Assembly: GCA_018062885.1 (NCBI GenBank)
Contig: JAGORJ010000001.1
Location: 151-64,150 of the forward strand
Direction: 5' to 3'
DNA: 64,000 bases
Source of the DNA: Patescibacteria group bacterium
GTDB lineage: Bacteria > Patescibacteriota > Patescibacteriia > UBA1558 > GWA2-36-10
Position numbers and translations under genes: made by a program. The notes below the pieces were generated by a model. The model made no database searches and was not told the DNA's origin. It saw nothing but the letters and a program-made list of their open reading frames with translations. The first letter of the stretch is position 1; every line of letters begins with the position of its first letter. Positions 25,975-34,663 of the stretch are shown in pieces.

Positions 25975-26574
25975 TTAAACAAATTTTCTTAAAACTGCCC
26001 TGACAATGCCTTGAATAGCTGGATTTTTGGCATAAATAGGCTTCATGGTGTGATTGGCTGGCTGTAGGCGAATACGGTTTTCTTCTCTAAAGTATTTTTT
26101 TAAGGTGGCATAAGTATTATCTAGCAAAGCGACGACTACATCGCCATTGCGAGGATAAAAGTTTCTTTCCACAATCACATAGTCACCATCCAAAATACCC
26201 TCTTCAATCATTGATTCACCTTTGACTTTGAGGACATAGCTGTTCTCATCACGCACAAAGCTTTGTGGGACAGCGATAGACTCATTTTCTTGGATAGCCT
26301 CAATTGGCTCACCGGCAGTGATAAGGCCCACCAGGGGCAGCTCAATGGCTTTGCCGAAGCGTTGAGTGACGACTTCGAGTGAGCGAGCGGCATTGTGGTT
26401 GCTCGTTATCAGGCCTTTGTCTTCTAGGGCCTTGATGTGCTCATGCACAGTGGCAGTAGAGGACAGTCCAAAATAGTCGGCGATTTCTCGGTAGCTAGGA
26501 GCGTAGTCATTGGTTTGAATAAATTGGGTGACAAAGTCCAAGATTTCTTTTTGTTTTTTTGTTAAGTTAGACAT
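25975..26574 (-). CDS. lexA: LexA repressor (S24 peptidase)
   Basis: Winged-HTH N-terminus; Ala-Gly cleavage site (ITAGEPIEA); Ser/Lys dyad (VKGESM...K). Confidence 0.85.
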   Translation of the reverse strand: MSNLTKKQKEILDFVTQFIQTNDYAPSYREIADYFGLSSTATVHEHIKALEDKGLITSNHNAARSLEVVTQRFGKAIELPLVGLITAGEPIEAIQENESIAVPQSFVRDENSYVLKVKGESMIEEGILDGDYVIVERNFYPRNGDVVVALLDNTYATLKKYFREENRIRLQPANHTMKPIYAKNPAIQGIVRAVLRKFV

Positions 26575-26710
26575 ATGATTTTTTTTATTTATCTACTTAC
26601 ATTATATACCGAACAAAAACCGAACGCAAGGCTTTGTCTGTGGATAAGTCAAAATGCTACATAAATTTCTATTTATACAGAGTTTTTTGACAGCTGAATT
26701 TAATTAGAAT

Positions 26711-26746
26711 AAAAAAACTCCCTAGCATTCGCCGGGGAGTTTTTTA
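26711..26746 (-). terminator. Hairpin terminator downstream of 26753-27349
   Basis: actccc...gggagt stem with flanking A-run and T-run. Confidence 0.5.
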
Positions 26747-26752
26747 GATGAC

Positions 26753-27349
26753 TTAGTTATTAAATTGAATTTTAGTTAGACCTTCTTTATCTTGGCTCCA
26801 CCAATAGCCAATATATTTTTCTAAAGGTGGCATTTGAATACCTAGCTCTATTTCTGGCTTTGTAAAATTAACAATAGTGTTAAATTTTTTATTTTTTATC
26901 TCTTGCTTAGCTATACACTTATCAAGATTGCCAGATAAAATTAATTTTTTAAAATTTAGACAATTATCAAAAATTACTTGGTTAAAAAATTCTATATTTT
27001 TTATTAAGATAATACGCTCATCAACATCTTTTAATGTTTTGATTGCTTGTAAAAATAAATTTTCATTACCGCTTTCTAAAATAATACCTTGAATATTTTC
27101 GTCCAATTGTTTAATATCGGTAATATAAGAAGTTTTTTCTTCATAGCCTTTGATTTGACTAAAAAAATTCTCTTTAGCCATCGGGTAGGCAGTTAAAAAT
27201 AATATTTTTTTATCTTGTAAAAATAAGTCAGTTATCATAGTGACTGAAAAATGAGAACCGCCAGATTTTTCTTCATAATGCACAAGGCAGGGTAGATCAT
27301 TTTCACTGACTTTATAAATCTCATTGTTGAGTATAATTTTATCGGCCAT
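26753..27349 (-). CDS. Hypothetical protein
   Basis: 198-aa ORF, native low-GC composition, no recognised motif; first gene after the minus-strand cluster 27358-30230. Confidence 0.45.
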   Translation of the reverse strand: MADKIILNNEIYKVSENDLPCLVHYEEKSGGSHFSVTMITDLFLQDKKILFLTAYPMAKENFFSQIKGYEEKTSYITDIKQLDENIQGIILESGNENLFLQAIKTLKDVDERIILIKNIEFFNQVIFDNCLNFKKLILSGNLDKCIAKQEIKNKKFNTIVNFTKPEIELGIQMPPLEKYIGYWWSQDKEGLTKIQFNN

Positions 27350-27357
27350 ATAGTTAT

Positions 27358-27873
27358 TTAAATTATTTTATGCCAAATTTGTGACTCTTCTTCGTTGTCT
27401 GATGTTTGTTGCATTAGGCCAACACGTTTAAAACCAGGTAACTTATCATAAAAACCCCAGCCAACTTCTTCAAATCTTTTGGCACTACGGATAACAATTT
27501 CCGTATATTTTTTGGTTTTTAAATTCTTTTCCATTTCATTTACCAGAGCTGTACCAACTCCGTGCCCACCACGTTTTTCTGGTGAAACATAAAGCATATT
27601 TAGTTCAGCTGGATTTTCTGTGGAAGTAAATTGAATAATTTTGGGAATAGGTTTTCTGTAACCAAGTACACCGACAACTTCATTGTCTTTTGTTTCAGCT
27701 ACTAAATAATTACTATCATATATTAGACTTTCTATTGCGTGGGCAATGCTATCTTCTATGAATCCTAAATAATGAATTACTTCTTCACTGCTAAGCCAAG
27801 CGCTTAAAATTTTTTTGACAGCCGGTAAATCTTCCATAGAAGTAGTTCTGATCTTACCTTCAAATTTAGACAT
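27358..27873 (-). CDS. GNAT-family N-acetyltransferase
   Basis: Acetyl-CoA binding motif RGGHGVGTALV and typical GNAT length. Confidence 0.75.
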   Translation of the reverse strand: MSKFEGKIRTTSMEDLPAVKKILSAWLSSEEVIHYLGFIEDSIAHAIESLIYDSNYLVAETKDNEVVGVLGYRKPIPKIIQFTSTENPAELNMLYVSPEKRGGHGVGTALVNEMEKNLKTKKYTEIVIRSAKRFEEVGWGFYDKLPGFKRVGLMQQTSDNEEESQIWHKII

Positions 27874-27900
27874 TTTGATAGTGTTTAATTTTAAATATTT

Positions 27901-28506
27901 TTATCTATTTTTAGGAGTCCAAATATTTTCCCACCATTCTGAAACTCTACTATCCATTATTTTTTGTCCTAAAATTTTAGCAGACTCAGTTTTTAAACTT
28001 CTATATTGTACATTGGATTTTTCGTTATCACCTTTGCCGGATAGCCAAATTTCTGCTTCTTTGTTGCCTTGATGTACGTATTCTTTAAGTAATAATATTT
28101 GGTCAATCAAATCTGCATCTTTAGCAATAATAGCTTCTTTACTAGTTCTTGCTTCAAACTCTTGATCGATAGCAAATAAATCATCAAATGGCAAATCACC
28201 TAATTGATCTTTAGAAATTTCATCTTCAAATATTTTGACATATTTTTTATGAACATAATTATGATCACCACTTCTGACTTCTTTAGTGTCGTGTAAGAGT
28301 GCCATCATCACTGTTTTGTATGGATCGGCTTGTTCGAGTTTAGCCAAAAACCAAGCAATCAAAGATACGCGGTAAGAGTGGGTAGCGATGTTGTCAGACA
28401 AATCTTGAGTTAAAAGAGTTTGTTGATGCATGCGTGGTAGTTTTCGCATCGTGCCAATTTCAAATAGAAAGTCAGCTATTCTTTTGTGCTTTTCATTATT
28501 TTCCAT
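27901..28506 (-). CDS. HD-domain phosphohydrolase (YfbR-like 5'-deoxynucleotidase family)
   Basis: HSYRVSLIAWFLA ... LLHDTKEVRSGD HD motif. Confidence 0.75.
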   Translation of the reverse strand: MENNEKHKRIADFLFEIGTMRKLPRMHQQTLLTQDLSDNIATHSYRVSLIAWFLAKLEQADPYKTVMMALLHDTKEVRSGDHNYVHKKYVKIFEDEISKDQLGDLPFDDLFAIDQEFEARTSKEAIIAKDADLIDQILLLKEYVHQGNKEAEIWLSGKGDNEKSNVQYRSLKTESAKILGQKIMDSRVSEWWENIWTPKNR

Positions 28507-28513
28507 ATGTTTT

Positions 28514-28942
28514 TTATTTAAAGCGAATTTCTAATGTTTTGTATAATTGATCTTTTGGATATACCATAAAATGAAGATGTGGACATTCACTCCAACCAGT
28601 ATTACCAACTTCAGCGATTATATCTCCTTTTTTGATTCGTTCACCAACTTTTATTTTAGCTGAATACTGATGGAGGTGTTCATATTCAGATATTTCGTCG
28701 TTTTCGTGTAATATTTCTATATAGTTAGCATCATCTTCAAATTTTTCGTCGTCACCACCTTGGTCAGAATCATCTTTGACAGATATCACTACACCATCAA
28801 GCGCTGCATAAATTGGCGTTCCTTCTGGCGCATCAAAATCAATAGAATGAATCAAATCACCAACATGAGCAATTGAGTCTTTTGAGGTTGCTGTCACTTT
28901 GTTTATATCAATAGGTAAATAGTAGATATTTTTTGTCTGCAT
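28514..28942 (-). CDS. M23-family metallopeptidase (LytM-like), minimal 142-aa form
   Basis: HVGDLIHSIDF...GTPIYAALDGVV...GNTGWSECPHLHF (HxxxD and HxH motifs). Confidence 0.75.
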   Translation of the reverse strand: MQTKNIYYLPIDINKVTATSKDSIAHVGDLIHSIDFDAPEGTPIYAALDGVVISVKDDSDQGGDDEKFEDDANYIEILHENDEISEYEHLHQYSAKIKVGERIKKGDIIAEVGNTGWSECPHLHFMVYPKDQLYKTLEIRFK

Positions 28943-28958
28943 AAAGATGCATTATATT

Positions 28959-30230
28959 TTACTGAATAGTGATGTAAAAGTTTTTTTCCTCTGTCAAAAT
29001 AAAGAGCTTGTCTCCTTTTTTATTAAATAAATACATTTTTTTCAGAGGATCTTCTATAATTTGCACGTTGTTGCGGTAGTCACGGCCATCTAATTCATAA
29101 ATATGTGTCAGCTGATTGGTTTCGCTCAAGAAATAGCTACCATTTGGATGCCATTTTATTTCAGAGACAATCTGTGAAGAACGGTCAATGATTTCTTTAT
29201 AGTCATCGTTGTAATCATACAAAATAGTTTGATAGCCATCATTTATCAAAAGAAATTTACCATAAATTTCTACCAAACTAGCCGGGATGACCATCAGTTC
29301 AGCCTGTGGTCTTTGGATGTATAATCTAGCGCCTAAACGAAAAATAAAATAGTCATTATCAGCTAGCAAGGCTTTTATTTTGCCTAAAGGTAAATTTTTT
29401 ATTTCTCGGACAACATCAGTTTGCTCTTTGTGAATTTGCTGGACATGGCCATTATTTTTTTCATTGGTTTGGACGATGATATATTCTCCAGTCAAATCAA
29501 AGTCCATGATGTTTTCTACTTTTTTGCTAGCCTTATCCAAAGCCAAGTTGTGACGCCACAAAGTATTTTGGCTCATATACCACAAGACATTAGGGTCTTG
29601 ATTGTCCCATTGGATTTTTTCGACAGCAGCTAAATTCAGATTTGTAATTTTTTGTTGGTTTAAATCAAAAATTTTGTATTGTTTTTGTAAGATCAGCATT
29701 TTTTGATCATCGGGTGACCAGTCAATCAAGCTAGTGTCTTGATCAAAACTATAGGTCTCTAGAGCTTTGGCGGGCTCAGTATTGACTCTCCAGAGAGTTT
29801 TGTTGTCTAACAAATAGGCATATTTATCTTGATTTTTGTTGATAAGATAATCAAGAGAGCCAGGACCTAGATCAGTTTGTGTTTGCTCGGTTAAAAATAA
29901 AGCAACATCTTCAATGAAGGTTGTTTCGCCAGTTTTGATTTCCAAATTTTTATGCCAGTCAATAAAACCCTCTTTGCTTATTTCGATCAAATGCTCACCA
30001 GGTTTGACATTAGTGATTTGAGCGGGGGTTTTATATTTACTTTTTTTGTTATCAATATAAATAGTAGAACTGCGGGGATATGATTTGATAAAAAAAGCAC
30101 CGTTTTTTTCTATGCTGTTGTAGCTAAAATTATAGCGATAACCCAGTGAGTAGAAAATTAATAAAGGAGCCAAAATAAAAAAGAGGAGAAAAAAACTCAA
30201 ATATACAAATCTTCTTAAAGCTAGGTTCAT
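28959..30230 (-). CDS. Membrane-anchored PEGA-domain protein with C-terminal beta-propeller-like region
   Basis: N-terminal TM; PEGA-like GAFFIKSYPRSSTIYIDNKKSKYKTPAQITNVKPGEHLIEISKEGFIDW; rest rich in beta-strand W/Y repeats. Confidence 0.55.
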   Translation of the reverse strand: MNLALRRFVYLSFFLLFFILAPLLIFYSLGYRYNFSYNSIEKNGAFFIKSYPRSSTIYIDNKKSKYKTPAQITNVKPGEHLIEISKEGFIDWHKNLEIKTGETTFIEDVALFLTEQTQTDLGPGSLDYLINKNQDKYAYLLDNKTLWRVNTEPAKALETYSFDQDTSLIDWSPDDQKMLILQKQYKIFDLNQQKITNLNLAAVEKIQWDNQDPNVLWYMSQNTLWRHNLALDKASKKVENIMDFDLTGEYIIVQTNEKNNGHVQQIHKEQTDVVREIKNLPLGKIKALLADNDYFIFRLGARLYIQRPQAELMVIPASLVEIYGKFLLINDGYQTILYDYNDDYKEIIDRSSQIVSEIKWHPNGSYFLSETNQLTHIYELDGRDYRNNVQIIEDPLKKMYLFNKKGDKLFILTEEKNFYITIQ

Positions 30231-30266
30231 TTTTTTGCTGAATAATGTTAAATTTTTGGAGAAAAT

Positions 30267-30327
30267 AAATCTTGTTTAATCTCAAGATTTAAGGTATTAT
30301 ATAGCATATAGTCTATTTAAATAGACT
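30267..30327. promoter_or_regulatory. Two palindromes in the divergent control region between the PEGA/M23 cluster and murA
   Basis: aaatcttg-N8-caagattt (30267-30290) and perfect 18-bp palindrome agtctatttaaatagact (30310-30327); TATAAT only 3 nt before the murA ATG. Confidence 0.35.
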
Positions 30328-30357
30328 TCTTACTATATACTATATTTTTATAATACT

Positions 30358-31659
30358 ATGTCTCAATTTATTATTCAAGGTGGCAATAGATTAAAAGGTT
30401 CGATCGAGGTGGCGGGTTTCAAAAACTCCACGACGCCTATTTTGGCTGCTTGTGTGCTGACCAAAGAAAAAGTGACCTTGCACAATGTACCAGTGATAGA
30501 AGATGTCAAGAAAATGATTCAGATTTTGGTCTCAATGGGCGTCAAAGTGACTTGGCTAGATAAAAATAGTTTAACTGTAGATGCTAGCGAGCTAGATCCA
30601 GAAAAATTGGATATGGACTTGATGAGTGCTATGCGTTCTTCTATTCTTTTGATGGGCGCCATGGTTGGTCGTTTTGGCAAAGTCAAAACCAAAGCTCCTG
30701 GTGGTTGTCAAATCGGCGCTAGACCAATGGATACACATTTTAAGGCTTTTCATAATTTGGGTGTAGAAGTCCAATTTGATGGTAAATATTATATTTTAGA
30801 AAAAAAGCGCCCAGCCAGCACCGAAATAGTTATGAATGAATTTTCCGTCACTGGTACGGAAAATATTATTTTAGCTTCGTCTATAAATCAAGGTGAAATA
30901 AAAATCCGCGTAGCAGCTTCTGATCCTAGTGTGCAAGATCTATGTTGGTTTTTGGAAACTTTGGGTTTAGAAATCAAAGGCATCGGTACCCATGAGCTTA
31001 CTATCAAAGGCGCAAGAACTTTGGGTGGCGGAGAGTATTCTATCATGCCGGATCCGATAGAAACTGGCACTTTCATTGCTTTGGCTGGTTTGACTAGGTC
31101 AGAAATCAATATTTTAAACACGGCGCCACATTTTTTGGCTTTGGAGTTAGAAAAATTCAAAGAAGCTGGCTTAAAGCTAGAGATTAAAAACCTTGATTTA
31201 TCTCCAAACAAACACTATAAGTTAGCTAACATCACGGTTGATGGACGGGTGGATTTGCAAGCAGTCGGCAAAGTGCATGACATGCCTTATCCTGGTTTTG
31301 CCGCTGATTTGATTCAGCCATTTACCGCTTTGATGACACAGGCTCACGGTACTACTTTGATTCATGACTGGATGTATGACGGTCGGATGAAATATATTTC
31401 TGAGCTCAAAAAAATGGGAGCAAATTTGATAGTGTCTGATCCTCATCGTGTAGTTGTTATTGGTCCTTCACCTTTGTATGGCAAAGAAGTGACAAGTTTT
31501 GATTTGCGCGCTGGTGCTACTTTGATTATTGCCGCTTTGGGTGCCAATGGTCAAAGTGTGATAGACAACGCTTATCAGGTAGATAGAGGTTATCAGTTTT
31601 TGGATAAAAGATTGGCCGCTTTGGGTGCCAAGATTGAAAGAATTAACGACAAGGAATAA
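30358..31659 (+). CDS. murA: UDP-N-acetylglucosamine 1-carboxyvinyltransferase
   Basis: MSQFIIQGGNRLKGSIEVAGFKNS; active-site Cys loop KAPGGCQIGARP. Confidence 0.9.
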   Translation: MSQFIIQGGNRLKGSIEVAGFKNSTTPILAACVLTKEKVTLHNVPVIEDVKKMIQILVSMGVKVTWLDKNSLTVDASELDPEKLDMDLMSAMRSSILLMGAMVGRFGKVKTKAPGGCQIGARPMDTHFKAFHNLGVEVQFDGKYYILEKKRPASTEIVMNEFSVTGTENIILASSINQGEIKIRVAASDPSVQDLCWFLETLGLEIKGIGTHELTIKGARTLGGGEYSIMPDPIETGTFIALAGLTRSEINILNTAPHFLALELEKFKEAGLKLEIKNLDLSPNKHYKLANITVDGRVDLQAVGKVHDMPYPGFAADLIQPFTALMTQAHGTTLIHDWMYDGRMKYISELKKMGANLIVSDPHRVVVIGPSPLYGKEVTSFDLRAGATLIIAALGANGQSVIDNAYQVDRGYQFLDKRLAALGAKIERINDKE

Positions 31660-31661
31660 AT

Positions 31662-32945
31662 ATGCATGATTTTGAAAATAAGAGTCAATTTAACAATAAC
31701 GAAACTGTTAAAGATAATTTAGCTAAGAAAAAATGGGGGCAAAAGTTTAATAAAAATTACGCTTTCTTTTTTTTCTTGGTGCTTGGATTTTTCTTAGGAG
31801 TTTTGTTGACCACAGTCAAAAAAGAACCAGATAATTCACAAGTTTTTAAAAGTGCCATTAGTGAAATTACTGGCATTTTTTCCAATGTAGACAATGTTGA
31901 TCCCGCTTTATTTAATGAAGCCTGGGAAGTTTTGCATACAAATTATCTGAAACGCGGACAAATTTCTGAGCAGGATTTATTTTATGGGGCAATTTCCGGC
32001 ATGATAGAAGCTGTCAAAGATCCTTATACTATTTTTTTGAGTGCCAAAGTGACAGAGGATTTTACGCAAGAATTAAGTGGTAGTTTTTTTGGTATTGGTG
32101 CCGAAATTGGCAAAAAAAATGGCAACTTAGTGATCATCGCTCCACTGCCTGAAACTCCAGCAGCCAAAGCAAGCTTGAGAGCAGGCGACCGAATTTTGGC
32201 GATTGACGAGACAGATGTCAGTGATTTGTCAGTTGACGGCGCGGTCAATCTGATACGCGGAGAAAAAGGCAAGGAAGTTGTCTTATTGGTTTTGTCCAAA
32301 GAAGAAACAACGCCTAGAGAAGTCAAAGTTGTTCGTGATAAAATCGCCATTCCTAGTGTGACTTATAAACTTGAAGATGGTTTGGCCTTTGTCACTTTGA
32401 GTAGTTTCAATAGTGATACCGATGCTCGTTTTGCTAAAGTAGCTCAAGACATTGTGAGAGACAATCCCAAAGGCATTGTTTTGGATTTGAGAAACAATCC
32501 GGGTGGATATTTGGATGTAGCGGTTGATATTGCTGGCTATTGGCTCCAAGCAAATGAAGTAGTAGTGAGAGAGGTTTTTTCCAATCAACAAGACAGTAAA
32601 GACTATAATGCTCCCAAACAAACAGATTTAAGTAAATATAAGTTAGTGGTCTTGGTCAATGGCGGTTCAGCTTCGGCTTCTGAGATTTTAGCTGGTGCTT
32701 TGCAAGATCATGCCAAAGGACAAGTGATTGGTGAAACTAGTTTTGGTAAGGGCTCGGTTCAGCAATTGTTTAATTTGAGTGACGGCTCTTCAGTCAAAAT
32801 CACCGTCGCTAACTGGTTAACGCCAAAAGGCAGAGTGATTGATGAAAAGGGCATTGAGCCTGACCAAGTGATTGAATATACAGTCGAGGATTATGATAAT
32901 GAGCGCGATCCACAAATGGACAAAGCCAAAGAGTTGCTAAACTAA
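31662..32945 (+). CDS. ctpA: Carboxy-terminal processing protease (S41) with PDZ domain
   Basis: PDZ (GDRILAIDE), catalytic LVNGGSASASEILAGALQD and K in FGKGSVQ. Confidence 0.85.
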   Translation: MHDFENKSQFNNNETVKDNLAKKKWGQKFNKNYAFFFFLVLGFFLGVLLTTVKKEPDNSQVFKSAISEITGIFSNVDNVDPALFNEAWEVLHTNYLKRGQISEQDLFYGAISGMIEAVKDPYTIFLSAKVTEDFTQELSGSFFGIGAEIGKKNGNLVIIAPLPETPAAKASLRAGDRILAIDETDVSDLSVDGAVNLIRGEKGKEVVLLVLSKEETTPREVKVVRDKIAIPSVTYKLEDGLAFVTLSSFNSDTDARFAKVAQDIVRDNPKGIVLDLRNNPGGYLDVAVDIAGYWLQANEVVVREVFSNQQDSKDYNAPKQTDLSKYKLVVLVNGGSASASEILAGALQDHAKGQVIGETSFGKGSVQQLFNLSDGSSVKITVANWLTPKGRVIDEKGIEPDQVIEYTVEDYDNERDPQMDKAKELLN

Positions 32946-32951
32946 ACACAA

Positions 32952-33398
32952 ATGAAAGTTATTTTACTGGAAAATATTGCTAATATTGGTAAAAAAGGAG
33001 ATGTCAAAGAAGTGTCGGCTGGCTTTGCAGGAAACTTTTTGTTTCCTCACAAAAAGGCTATTTTAGCCAGTGAACAAAATGTCAAAAAACAGCAAAGCGT
33101 AGTCAAAGAAAAACAACAAAAAATCACTCAGCAACAATCACAGTATCAAAAAATATTCCAAACTCTAAACAAACAAACTTTAAAATTTAGTGGTAAAACT
33201 TCTAGTCAAAATAATTTATTTCAAGCTATTCATGAGGCTGACATCATGATGGCAGTGAAGAAAAATTTTAATTTGAGTTTAGAAAATAAATGGTTCAAAG
33301 ATTTTACAGCTATAAAAAGTATCGGTAAGCACGAAATTTTTTTGCACTTACCAGACGGCAAACAACTAGTACTTAATATAAAAATAGAGGCTTTGTAG
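32952..33398 (+). CDS. rplI: 50S ribosomal protein L9
   Basis: MKVILLENIANIGKKGDVKEVSAGFAGNFLFPHKKAI. Confidence 0.85.
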   Translation: MKVILLENIANIGKKGDVKEVSAGFAGNFLFPHKKAILASEQNVKKQQSVVKEKQQKITQQQSQYQKIFQTLNKQTLKFSGKTSSQNNLFQAIHEADIMMAVKKNFNLSLENKWFKDFTAIKSIGKHEIFLHLPDGKQLVLNIKIEAL

Positions 33399-33455
33399 CC
33401 TCTATTTTGATATAAAAAAACACCCCTAAATTATAAACTTATAAATTCAACAATT

Positions 33456-34088
33456 ATGAATGAACATGAAAAACAATTTCATTTACCAGATTCAGGATTT
33501 GATAAAGTGTTAGGAAATATCACAAAAGCTCCTGAAGTGAAAAAAGAAAAAAGACTTATAACTTACGAAGAATCCTTAGAGTTAGCGAAAGATTTATTGA
33601 ATAGACATAAAAATGAAATACTTGGTCAAAAAGACAAAGATGTTGATGGCTGGGGCACTCCATATACTGATCATCAAAAATCCATACGCCATTTTATAGA
33701 CAAAACGCCGCAAGACATTTTAGAACGTTTTGTTGGGCATGGAATCACCAAAAAAGGTGAAATAGACCGACTAGCTGCTGCTTTAAATATACTAGCAAAT
33801 AAATCAATCCAAGGTTCTTGTGGACAACTCGCTGGAAATATCGGGGGTTATAACGCTTATAAAGATGGTGATTTCATTGTTATCTCAAAATTAGATACTA
33901 ATTTCCGAATAATGCAAGAACTTGATGGTAGGCTCCAGCCAGAGTTGAATGAAATTGGATTATTAGTAAACATTGGAGCTTTTGTGGTGGATACTAAATA
34001 CTACTCAATGGTAGAAGAATTAAAAACAATGTTTCCGGATGTTAATATAATTAAGGCAAATGAGTTGCCCGAATATTTAAAAGTTTAA
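33456..34088 (+). CDS. Hypothetical protein
   Basis: 210-aa ORF with native codon usage; no recognised motif. Confidence 0.45.
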   Translation: MNEHEKQFHLPDSGFDKVLGNITKAPEVKKEKRLITYEESLELAKDLLNRHKNEILGQKDKDVDGWGTPYTDHQKSIRHFIDKTPQDILERFVGHGITKKGEIDRLAAALNILANKSIQGSCGQLAGNIGGYNAYKDGDFIVISKLDTNFRIMQELDGRLQPELNEIGLLVNIGAFVVDTKYYSMVEELKTMFPDVNIIKANELPEYLKV

Positions 34089-34211
34089 AATGAGAAGGAG
34101 TTGAATGTACATTCCCAAACACCGGGTATGTTTGTTGTTATTTTTAACAAAAAAAACAGCCCCGACGCAAAGTCAGGGCTTGTTGTGTGGCGATCTGTTA
34201 GATCTGAGCTC

Positions 34212-34565
34212 TCAGGGCTCAGTGATTTCCAAGCAGAAGCCAGGTGCTTTAGAGAGGTAATGTTCTTCTTTGTTTATATCAATAAAAGGTGTTCTCCAGA
34301 TGTTACCTCCTTGCCATGTACGCAGAATATAGGTTTCATCTTGACGGAAATATTCATTGAGCGTTCTGGTGATCAAGATTATGATCCGATCACCTTCTGG
34401 ATTCACATTTTGCACGCAGGCTTTTGCCGCGAAATCATTTTGTTGGCCGTATTTGTCCAAGTCCATGATTCGCACTGTGTCGCCAATCTCAAAGATTGCT
34501 TTGATTGTTTTCACGATTTTTTCCTCAGTTTTGTGGAAAGTCCAATTATTTTTTGATATTAGCAA
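34212..34565 (-). CDS. Hypothetical small protein (TTG start per ORF track; ATG alternative at Met34)
   Basis: Hydrophilic, well-composed 117-aa ORF; GC about 41%; dedicated hairpin plus T-run terminator at about 34150-34185 on the minus strand; the overlapping plus-strand ORF 34101-34556 looks spurious (Cys/Phe/His rich). Confidence 0.4.
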   Translation of the reverse strand: MLISKNNWTFHKTEEKIVKTIKAIFEIGDTVRIMDLDKYGQQNDFAAKACVQNVNPEGDRIIILITRTLNEYFRQDETYILRTWQGGNIWRTPFIDINKEEHYLSKAPGFCLEITEP

Positions 34566-34598
34566 GTAAAAATTTAGCTGTCAAGCAAAAAATTTTAA

Positions 34599-34628
34599 TT
34601 AGCAAAAGCTAGAAAAATTTGCTATAAT
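34599..34628 (+). promoter_or_regulatory. pyrG promoter with extended -10 (TTAGCA-N18-TGcTATAAT)
   Basis: TG at 34620-34621, TATAAT 34623-34628, 35 nt before the pyrG ATG. Confidence 0.45.
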
Positions 34629-34663
34629 ATTTCTGTTTTGAAAAAGAATAAAATCATTTCCCC

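Noticed and set aside
26575-26660. Canonical CGAAC-N4-GTTCG LexA box upstream of lexA
   Set aside because: Only direct GTTCG repeats are present, not the inverted palindrome. Reported as a finding rather than a feature.
34101-34556. 151-aa plus-strand ORF
   Set aside because: Cys/Phe/His-rich, implausible composition. Lies antisense to a better-formed minus-strand ORF that has its own terminator. Likely a shadow ORF.
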